A DNA stretch of 52,091 nt, from NCBI GenBank assembly GCA_050014495.1, contig JBEKDF010000019.1, positions 1 through 52,091 of the forward strand, in the 5' to 3' direction. Source of the DNA: Candidatus Bathyarchaeia archaeon (GTDB lineage: Archaea > Thermoproteota > Bathyarchaeia > TCS64). The notes below the pieces were generated by a model. That model ran no database searches and was not told the DNA's origin. It saw nothing but the letters and a program-made list of their open reading frames with translations. Made by a program: the position numbers and the translations under genes. How positions within the stretch are numbered: the stretch's first letter is position 1; every line of letters starts with the position of its first letter. Positions 9,691-17,648 of this stretch are shown piece by piece.

Positions 9691-10563
9691 ATGTCACACT
9701 TGATTTGCCCCCTATGCGGTCTTAATGTACCTCTCTCCAAACTAGAACGGGGAAATTTCCCCATCGACCTTAAAACCATAAGTTTCAGGAATCTGGGCTA
9801 CAGAAAAGGCTTCGGGGTCAGCGAAATAGTCTCCATTATGGGCGACGGGGAGATTACCCCGATCATCGCCGCAAGGGTAAAGAAACTGCATGACTACTTC
9901 GTTGAGCACGGGGAGATCGATACACCATTACGGCTTATCAATGAGTCTCATCTAAAGCAATGTAATGAATATGAGGAACAGCTATCTAAGTCGAATACCT
10001 ATAATATGTCTCTGAAAACGAAGTTGGAGAAGATAGAAGAAGAATATGAGCAGGATAGACAAGTAGACTACATTATTCGGGAGAGTCTTAGCATAGATAA
10101 TGCTCGTCAGCAGTTGATAGTTGATGAGCATGGATGGAAATTAACTATCTCTCCTAAACCTGGTCAACTGGAGTTTTATTTGTTTCTGCTGATGCTCGAC
10201 ATACCAGGATTACTAAAAGAGAGACTGTTGAATCACATCGAAGGCGGTGAGAACCGGGTCTTTTATAATAGGATGTTAAAAAGCTTCCCCAGGCGGCAAA
10301 GTGTCGCAGAGAGGCGTATGGATTATGACAACCCGAACACCATTATAACGATGGATGAAAATGGGAAAAGAGTCGAACGTATTTACAAGTCTAGATATTA
10401 TTTGAATAACGCTGATAAGTCAATAGACTTCGAGGAGCTAAGGAGACTCGTAAGGAAAGCGAAGGAGCACTCTACCGAACCTTTGTATATCGGTAAAACC
10501 TTATTAGAGGTCATGTATCCTGAGAAGTTGTCTCTAACATATAGAGTCGAAGACTCAAAATAG
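9691..10563 (+). CDS. Hypothetical protein with N-terminal CxxC and a central coiled coil
   Basis: 290-aa ORF; LICPLCG; E/K-rich helix; divergent from 8840..9436. Confidence 0.7.
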   Translation: MSHLICPLCGLNVPLSKLERGNFPIDLKTISFRNLGYRKGFGVSEIVSIMGDGEITPIIAARVKKLHDYFVEHGEIDTPLRLINESHLKQCNEYEEQLSKSNTYNMSLKTKLEKIEEEYEQDRQVDYIIRESLSIDNARQQLIVDEHGWKLTISPKPGQLEFYLFLLMLDIPGLLKERLLNHIEGGENRVFYNRMLKSFPRRQSVAERRMDYDNPNTIITMDENGKRVERIYKSRYYLNNADKSIDFEELRRLVRKAKEHSTEPLYIGKTLLEVMYPEKLSLTYRVEDSK

Positions 10564-10587
10564 AAACGTCTATCCCTAATTAAAAAT

Positions 10588-11786
10588 GAGAATTTTGATT
10601 AACCTAGTTTTTTCTCCCCCTCGGTTAAATTTATAGATCAAAGTCGATAGAACAAGTCTCATGGACAACTTCACCTCATACATCCTCAGACAAGCCTACT
10701 AAAAAGCCGCGAGACTAGGAGACAGACTCGCCAAACTCGACCAAGCCATAGACTGGGAAACCTTCAGACCAATAATCAGCGCAATGTACCACAACAACAC
10801 CACCCTAGGCGGAAGACCCAACACTGACGAGGTACTCATGGTGAAGCTCCTCGTCCTCCAGCAGTGGTACAGCCTCAGCGACATGGAGCTCGAAAGGCAG
10901 GCCGCGTACCGACTCGACTTCCAGAACTTCCTCGGGTGGCCCGAGAGGCCACCTGACTACTCGACGGTCTGGCAATTCAGGGAACGCCTAGCAGCCACGA
11001 TGACCGACGCCGCCCTCTGGGCGGAGCTGCAGAGGCAGCTCGACGAGGCTGGCCTCAAGGTGCGCAAGGGTGTGGCCCAGGACGCCTCATTCATCGAGGC
11101 GGATCCCGGCCCCTCGGGGAAGCCGCGTGGCGGTGACGCGTTGACTCGGAGGAGCCGGGATGGGGACTGGGCGAAGAGGCTGAAGGAGTCGTTCTTCGGC
11201 TTCAAGCTGCACGTTAAGACTGATCTCGAGTATGGATTGGCTCGGGCCGTTGAGGCGACCTCGGCGTCTGTGCATGACAGCCGCGTGGATCTGAGTCTGC
11301 CTGGCGAGGTGGTGTATCGCGACAAGGGGTACTTCGGGGTGGAGCCGAGAGGATATGATGCGACGATGAGGCGTGGGGTGCGTGGCCACCCGCTGGGTGA
11401 GGAGGATCGGCTGAGGAATAGGCGGATCGGGTCTAAGCGGAGGCCGGTTGAGAGGACGTTTGCGGTTATCAAGCGGGTGTTCAACGGTGGGCGGGTGTTG
11501 GTTACGTCGCTTCCCAGGGTCCGGGTGAAGCTGGTTTTTACGTGTCTGTGTTTTGATCTGCTTCAGCTGTGCTCGATTGGCTTCGTCTGATAGCGTGAGC
11601 CATCGATCTTTTGCTGGGGGAGGGTGAGTGGGGTGGTTTGGACCCGTTTTGGGGGGTTTTCGTTGTCTTTTTTCGCTGGTTTGCCGTGGTTTTTGGTGTT
11701 CTCGGCGCTTTGCTTCGGTTTTTTCACTCTTTTATAATTGGCTCTTATGAGCTAAAACCACAAAACAGAGGTTATTACGAATCCTC
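10588..11786 (+). mobile_element. IS5-family insertion sequence
   Basis: Imperfect 18-bp TIRs: GAGAATTTTGATTAACCT (10588-10605) vs reverse complement of 11769-11786, GAGGATTCGTAATAACCT (13/18 match). AAAAT direct repeat at 10583-10587 and 11787-11791. Confidence 0.82.
10661..11590 (+). pseudogene. IS5-family transposase with an in-frame TAA at codon 14
   Basis: MDNFTSYILRQAY*KAARLGDRLAKLDQAIDWETFRP is in frame with the 10784 ORF. Motifs GGRP, QDASF, FGFKLH, YRDKGY, RRPVERTF. Confidence 0.8.
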
Positions 11787-11924
11787 AAAATATCTAATCC
11801 CAAAGGCTCTTTCCGGTTAGCCTCATCTAACGTACAAATATTTTGTCAGACGAATGTCTCATCCTAACTTCCGCGCGCCTCCTGAACAGCTCCTCGATCC
11901 TATAGATGATTGACTGCGCGAGTG

Positions 11925-11952
11925 CATCTACTTCAAAATCTCGAAGTAGATG
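11925..11952. terminator. Perfect 10-bp stem-loop just past the 3' end of the 11960..12532 gene
   Basis: CATCTACTTC-N8-GAAGTAGATG. Confidence 0.45.
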
Positions 11953-11959
11953 TATATTT

Positions 11960-12532
11960 CTAAATGTTAAATGCATTAAACCAGACTACAGAAATTATGT
12001 TGATGAGCAGATAAGCCAGTAAATAATAAAAATAATTAACGAAGATGGTTTTGATGCTGTTAAACCTTGTATCTTTTCTACGGATAGTTATGTACAAACT
12101 AATACCGCCGACAAAGATGATGCCCAGTAAGAATGCTAAGAACTGTGCATCTAGTCCATCGAACATTAAACGAGTTGATCCAGAATAATTATAGAACATC
12201 ACACCGAGGTTGTTTAATGAGGCTGATAAATGAATGGCAAGGAGAATGATTGCGACACCGTATTCGACGATGGTATTAAATCTGAATAATAAGATGATGC
12301 CTAGAAAAGATGCCAGATAAAGGTATGTCCAGAAGGGATTAATCTTGAGCAGGAGATCAAGAACCGGGTTTAGCTCCAAGCCAGTGTGAGTTAGATAGAT
12401 CGTCACCGTCGTGAAGGAGTCAATCAGGTTAAAGAGCAGTGTCGTGAGGATGATGACCGATTCTAGGTTACCAAGAGGCCTCAACCATCCCTTTTTGAGG
12501 GTTGATGTGATCTTCTTCTCCACCCAGTTCAC
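11960..12532 (-). CDS. DUF5658-like polytopic membrane protein
   Basis: NLIDSFTT...GLELNPV motif; about 5 TM segments. Confidence 0.7.
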   Translation of the reverse strand: MNWVEKKITSTLKKGWLRPLGNLESVIILTTLLFNLIDSFTTVTIYLTHTGLELNPVLDLLLKINPFWTYLYLASFLGIILLFRFNTIVEYGVAIILLAIHLSASLNNLGVMFYNYSGSTRLMFDGLDAQFLAFLLGIIFVGGISLYITIRRKDTRFNSIKTIFVNYFYYLLAYLLINIISVVWFNAFNI

Positions 12533-12686
12533 CCTGACCCGATATTACCTGACTGTATCCTAGATTTCCATATAAAAATGATGGATATCGAGGACTCGCC
12601 GTGAACATAGATTATCCCAAAAAATTGTAATCATCTAAAGTTTCATATACAAGTCCCAAATGATATTCAGATGGAACGGATGATTA

Positions 12687-13196
12687 ATGCAGAGTGAGCG
12701 TCAAACCGAGTTATCTTTTCAAGGCATCGGACGCCAACCCTTCATCCTCATAAGGCATGCCTTCCTTGAAAATATGTTGACACCTATTATCAAATATCTC
12801 CACGCCGCAGGATATCCCATAGTCTACATGATGGGGAGAGAAAGTGGAGTACAGGAAGTTAGACAAATCCGAGATGAACAGGTCACAATTAATAGTCCCC
12901 TGATAAAGATAGAGATGCTGGAAAAGTCACTGAACCGACTCAGCCAAATGGGCTGGGGAAAAATATCCCTCACCCAATACAACGTCACAGACGGCGGAAT
13001 CAACATCAAGATAAAATTCAACCCATTCACGGAGGAATGTAAGACGGAGACCAATGCAAGCTGCACCTTCCTGAGGGGACTAATCGGTGGGATAACCTCA
13101 GAGATACTCGAACAAGACATGCAATTCAGCGACCCAATCTGCCAAGCAACAGAGGACGAGACCTGCCTCCTCCAGCTGAAGGCTACGATGAAATAG
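12687..13196 (+). CDS. V4R (4-vinyl reductase-like) ligand-binding domain protein
   Basis: LSQMGWGKI, NPF, CTFLRGLIGG, CQATEDETC. Confidence 0.85.
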   Translation: MQSERQTELSFQGIGRQPFILIRHAFLENMLTPIIKYLHAAGYPIVYMMGRESGVQEVRQIRDEQVTINSPLIKIEMLEKSLNRLSQMGWGKISLTQYNVTDGGINIKIKFNPFTEECKTETNASCTFLRGLIGGITSEILEQDMQFSDPICQATEDETCLLQLKATMK

Positions 13197-13303
13197 CAGC
13201 CGAGCGTTAAATCCTTCTTTTTTTCACTGGTGCGAGCATTTCTCAAAATTATTGTGTAAGAAGGTTTAACTCGTCCCATCGTCGAAATCAGGCTGGTAAT
13301 TGT

Positions 13304-13624
13304 TTGGAGGATCTAAACGGGATCATTAGAAAGTTCGTGATGAGCGACACGATTCTCGAAGACGAGCTTTCACAGATCAAGGAATTATTGGTCGACATCG
13401 CCAGTAAGAGAACAAAGACATTCATTCTGTGGTTTCAGGGGGTCGAGTCGTCCGAGATGACTCATCGTGAGAGGATCCTGAAAGGTCTCTCCAGTGCTGG
13501 TCTTGTTAATCTCGAGTGGATATTTACGAATCATAACGCGTACATTAAGACGAGGATTACTGAGAAAGGCACCATTCTGATTCAGAATCTCATTGATGTC
13601 ATTCCAAAAGGCCCTATATCTTAA
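13304..13624 (+). CDS. Small winged-helix-like protein
   Basis: LKGLSSAGLV...TRITEKG wing pattern. Confidence 0.6.
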   Translation: MEDLNGIIRKFVMSDTILEDELSQIKELLVDIASKRTKTFILWFQGVESSEMTHRERILKGLSSAGLVNLEWIFTNHNAYIKTRITEKGTILIQNLIDVIPKGPIS

Positions 13625-13668
13625 GGGTCTTAATCTCTTAAATGGTTCATTGAAAGGCGCGCGAATAC

Positions 13669-14106
13669 CTAGCCATTATTCATATTACTAATTGATAGTT
13701 CGCTCTCTCTGTTTATTTTGAAGTTTATGACGACGAAACTAGATATCATTATGAATGGTAGGGCGTAGAAAAAGTTGATTCCATTTGTTAGGTTGAACAG
13801 AACTAGGAGATTCTGCACTGGGCCAGACCACTGTATTATCGCTAATGTATAGAAAACGTTATCAAAAACGGTCTTCCTCGGTATTATTAGATCAAAAGTC
13901 ACGTATGTGAGTACCATTAATGGAATGCCGATTGCTGGGTTAAGCATCATGTTAGACTCGTAATACCCATTTTGGCTATTCAGCATCCATCTAGATATTA
14001 ATGTATCAGTGAGAAAACCAAGCATCGCGATCGTGAGGGTCAGCTTCAGCCTCCCAAAATCTTTGAATGGCAGTCTTTCCCTCACGCTCTGCATGCAGAT
14101 CCCCAA
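13669..14106 (-). CDS. DUF5658-like membrane protein (second paralog)
   Basis: FLTDTLIS...GYYESN motif; multiple TM segments. Confidence 0.6.
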   Translation of the reverse strand: MGICMQSVRERLPFKDFGRLKLTLTIAMLGFLTDTLISRWMLNSQNGYYESNMMLNPAIGIPLMVLTYVTFDLIIPRKTVFDNVFYTLAIIQWSGPVQNLLVLFNLTNGINFFYALPFIMISSFVVINFKINRESELSISNMNNG

Positions 14107-14364
14107 ATAATATGGATTTAAAATACATATTTAAGGGCCTCCGAACCAGTGGTTAGAATTAAGCACGAGTTATTTATTGATAGCGAGAGTAACTGACTAT
14201 GATTAATACGATTCAACTAGCTTGTGCATATTGAGTACGATCGTTACATGCCTACCATTGGATGTCACTATCCATTATTGATTATATTAATCAACACTAA
14301 ACTCCTTATCCTTGATAAGAATCTAGGATATAGTAACATAATCTACAAGTATTAATAAGAACCA

Positions 14365-14616
14365 ATGATTCCAAACTTATATATGCTTAGAAACGAGTTC
14401 GAAGTCAAAGAGGATAAAGAAGCCTTGATTATAACTGAAGTATTGGACGCCCTATCAGATGGGAATTGGCATAACTTCGATGACCTCTTAAAAGAAACGA
14501 ACATGAGCAGGGAAATGGTTCTCCGAGTCGTGAATTTCTTCAGAGACTTCGGCTTCATCGAGATCAGCAATGGCGGCGAGGCCGCTAAGCTAGACAAAGA
14601 TTTCTTGAAACTGTAG
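14365..14616 (+). CDS. Stand-alone small winged-helix protein
   Basis: VLDALSDGNWHNFDDLLKETNMSREMVLRVVNFFRDFGFIEI. Confidence 0.7.
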   Translation: MIPNLYMLRNEFEVKEDKEALIITEVLDALSDGNWHNFDDLLKETNMSREMVLRVVNFFRDFGFIEISNGGEAAKLDKDFLKL

Positions 14617-14618
14617 CC

Positions 14619-14873
14619 TCAGACCATCTTCTGCATCTTATCTAGCTGCCTGAGGAACTCCCTCCCCTTGATCGATAGGGTATACTTGCTTTCGTCCTCG
14701 TTCTTCTCAAGCAAGTCCTTTTCGAGCAGGAAATCCAGGAAGGGATTAAGTCGGTTGAAGTTGAGATTCGACATGTAGACTAGCTTCGTCTTATTAACCC
14801 CGCGGGGATTATCTGCCACCTTTAGTATGTCCTCGATCACTTCTAGTCTGCTGCGATTCTTTCCGATCAACAA
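14619..14873 (-). CDS. Winged-helix regulator (HTH_45/ArnR1-like family)
   Basis: RSRLEVIEDIL...NKTKLVYMSNLNF...YTLSIKGREFL. Confidence 0.85.
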   Translation of the reverse strand: MLIGKNRSRLEVIEDILKVADNPRGVNKTKLVYMSNLNFNRLNPFLDFLLEKDLLEKNEDESKYTLSIKGREFLRQLDKMQKMV

Positions 14874-15159
14874 TGTAACATATTACTCCAGGGTTTAGCA
14901 ATATCCATGGCAGATTCTGATTATTAATAATGTTATGGATTTGAAGATAGATGATAAAGATACATCATTTAACTCATTAAACTGATTATAATAGGAGCAT
15001 TTAATTAGTGCAAATTAGAATGTTGCATTTCTCATTAGCTATTCCATATCATTAATCTATTTTGTGCAAGTAATATAGACATAAAAATATATCTCTATAA
15101 ACGTATTGGTTTCCCAATGAGAAATCCTATACTTTTAAAAACTCATCAAGTTGAAGGGG

Positions 15160-15918
15160 CTAAGCCTTAACGTTTAGCCTCTGAACAACTCCCTTGTTCT
15201 TCCAATATTTGATCAAGCCGACACCTGCGCAAAAGTTAGAAGTCCTCTCAACAACGACCAATGGCACCTTCAACTTGAAGGCAACAGTATTAGTAGACCA
15301 CATGTTGCCATCCTTAATTGTATCAAGGTAACTTGGGAGGAACTGTTCGAGGACACCGACTTCTTTCTCGCTCTGTTCCTTGAGTTTTGCCTCGATGAAG
15401 CTCAGGAACTCCTTGGGGCTCACTGGTTTCATGATGTAAGCATTGGCGCCGAAGTTGAGTGCCTCGACCGCATTATTGAGAGCCGCGTAGCCGGTTATCA
15501 TCATCACAAGTGTTCGTGGGGAGTCTTTTTTTATCCACTTCAATAGGTCGATTCCATTTATGTCGGGGAGATTCAGGTCAAGAAGGGCCATGTTGAAATA
15601 GCCTTCAAGGATCTTCTCCTTCGCTGCCTCCCCATCGAGGGCGCATTCAGCGATGTACCCACTCATTGTAAGGATGTCCTTCATGGTATCGCAAAAAGAC
15701 TCGTCATCATCAACGACCAGAATCCTTTTCTTATCGGCATCCTGAACTTGGCTTACTTGTTGGCTTGTTTTAATATCTTTTATAACGGGATTTTTCATTG
15801 ATTCCGACACCCCACTCACAGCTTTTTTCTCCATCGAAACGACCTTTCTTTTACCCGAAACCCTCACCGTCCCCTTATACCTAGACGCCCTTTTTTTGAC
15901 GGTTTTTCGGTTTGACAC
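15160..15918 (-). CDS. Response regulator: basic N-tail, REC domain, C-terminal small wHTH
   Basis: ILVVDDD, LLDLNLP (phospho-Asp), ITGY and YIMKP are all conserved. GTG start with upstream GAGGT. Confidence 0.9.
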   Translation of the reverse strand: MSNRKTVKKRASRYKGTVRVSGKRKVVSMEKKAVSGVSESMKNPVIKDIKTSQQVSQVQDADKKRILVVDDDESFCDTMKDILTMSGYIAECALDGEAAKEKILEGYFNMALLDLNLPDINGIDLLKWIKKDSPRTLVMMITGYAALNNAVEALNFGANAYIMKPVSPKEFLSFIEAKLKEQSEKEVGVLEQFLPSYLDTIKDGNMWSTNTVAFKLKVPLVVVERTSNFCAGVGLIKYWKNKGVVQRLNVKA

Positions 15919-16138
15919 ACTTCTTACCTCGGTACACTCTCAATACCCTACTTCGTATTACTAATTACCACTATTTGATTCAAATAATGAGTAATTATTT
16001 AAAAAGGTTTGAGGAACGCTGATACATATTCCAAGTATAATATATTCTCAGAATCTGAATCTTCAATTAAATAATAGGAATCCATAATCTCTTTAACAAT
16101 TAAACTGTTAACATAAATCACTAATATAGTGACCACTA

Positions 16139-16312
16139 ATGGCGTCGATGATTATACCCCTAATTGTGTCGATGATATTAGGTGGGGGTCTATATTTTTT
16201 CATCGGTGGTCTACCTCTCGACACTCCTGTTAAGATGATAATAGTGCTAGTTGTCATATTAGCATCCTACACCATCCTCGCAGAGGTATTCCATACTAAA
16301 TATACGTATTAG
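16139..16312 (+). CDS. Small two-TM protein (57 aa), absent from the ORF track
   Basis: MASMIIPLIVSMILGGGLYFFIGGLPLDTPVKMIIVLVVILASYTILAEVFHTKYTY, translated by hand. Confidence 0.6.
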   Translation: MASMIIPLIVSMILGGGLYFFIGGLPLDTPVKMIIVLVVILASYTILAEVFHTKYTY

Positions 16313-16352
16313 TGCTCCTGAGACCTTTAAAACAAGATAATTAGATTTTGTC

Positions 16353-17396
16353 TTGATACCCTTGGCTCAGCGAGTTGAATTATACAAGCGACCAGACGTC
16401 GAAGCCGTGATGAATGCGCTTCTCAGTAAGACTGGCCGGCTTGACCCAGTTTTCGACCTACAATACGGATATAGGTACCCCAATGTCGAGACGGCGATCA
16501 ATAAAGACTCAGATGGAGCCGTTGCACTGCTAGAGGATCTCTATGAGGGAGGGATTCTAGATAGCCAAATCTACGACATGGAGATACGATGCCCGGAGTG
16601 CGGAAGTCCAAACGTCTCAACAAGGTATCTATGCCCGGTCTGTGGATCCTTCCACATCAAGAAGACCATACTCATGGAGCACCTAGACTGTGGGTATCTC
16701 GGAAACTTGACGACATTCGGGGATCCACTAGTCTGTCCAAAATGCGAACAGCCCCTGGTAGAGGGTGCCTATAGAAACGCTGGAAGCATCTATGAGTGCG
16801 CCGACTGCAAAAAGCAGATCGATACCCCCTTCGTGAATCACTGGTGCAGAAACAAGGGAGTCAACTTTAGCTTCGAGAACGCTATCTACCAAGGAAAATT
16901 CTCCTACTTCCCAACCGCGGAGACTAAAGAGGATCTCGAGAGGGGAATTATCTTCATCTCCCCCATCACAAATATCTTCGAGGGATTGGGCCTGAAGCAG
17001 ATGGATGTCCCAAAAATCGTGGGAACATCCGGTGTGGAGCTAACCTTCGACGTCGGCTATCAAGGAGCCGGGAGAAAATACTTCGTCGATATCCTTCAGG
17101 GTAAGGAGCTATTCGGCGAGTTCGATATCCTAAGAGAATATGGCAAGATTACCGACTCTAAGGTGGAAACCTTCGTTCTCGTCCTGCCCGGGCTCGATAA
17201 CAAGGCGACCACAATGGCCAAGTCATACAAAATGAATATGATCGACGCTCCGACAGTCGGTGAGATACACGCGAAACTAACTTCAGCTCTCAGAAACAGT
17301 GGTTTATCCCAGAGTGCTATGTCGGTTCCAAGTCCTAAATCGGATAAGGAAGATAAGAAATCAGAAGAGAAACCTAAGAGTCGTTGGCGAACTTAG
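16353..17396 (+). CDS. TackOD1-like multi-Zn-ribbon protein with C-terminal Mrr/PD-(D/E)XK-like domain
   Basis: CPECGS, CPVCGS, EHLDCGY, CPKC, YECADC, HWC; C-terminal GTSGVELTFDV. Confidence 0.75.
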   Translation: MIPLAQRVELYKRPDVEAVMNALLSKTGRLDPVFDLQYGYRYPNVETAINKDSDGAVALLEDLYEGGILDSQIYDMEIRCPECGSPNVSTRYLCPVCGSFHIKKTILMEHLDCGYLGNLTTFGDPLVCPKCEQPLVEGAYRNAGSIYECADCKKQIDTPFVNHWCRNKGVNFSFENAIYQGKFSYFPTAETKEDLERGIIFISPITNIFEGLGLKQMDVPKIVGTSGVELTFDVGYQGAGRKYFVDILQGKELFGEFDILREYGKITDSKVETFVLVLPGLDNKATTMAKSYKMNMIDAPTVGEIHAKLTSALRNSGLSQSAMSVPSPKSDKEDKKSEEKPKSRWRT

Positions 17397-17648
17397 CTTC
17401 AATTTCCTCTTTTACTATTTTAAAGGAGTAATATTCAGCCACTTACGATTAAACAACTATCTTTGAAAATGTTATTTATTGTCTACTATTTTAATATTAT
17501 AAGATTTATTGATATTACTGATTAATTTCATTTATCCGTATTACTAATCGATAAAAACCCTAGTATTCTATATCTTTTAAAAATTATAATCATTTGAATA
17601 GATGATGTATCTATAATCTATTAATCTTAAATAATTAGGAGTATTGTT

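Noticed and set aside
11611..11820. 69-aa hydrophobic ORF after the IS5 transposase
   Set aside because: Derives from the G/T-skewed non-coding IS end and crosses the TIR.
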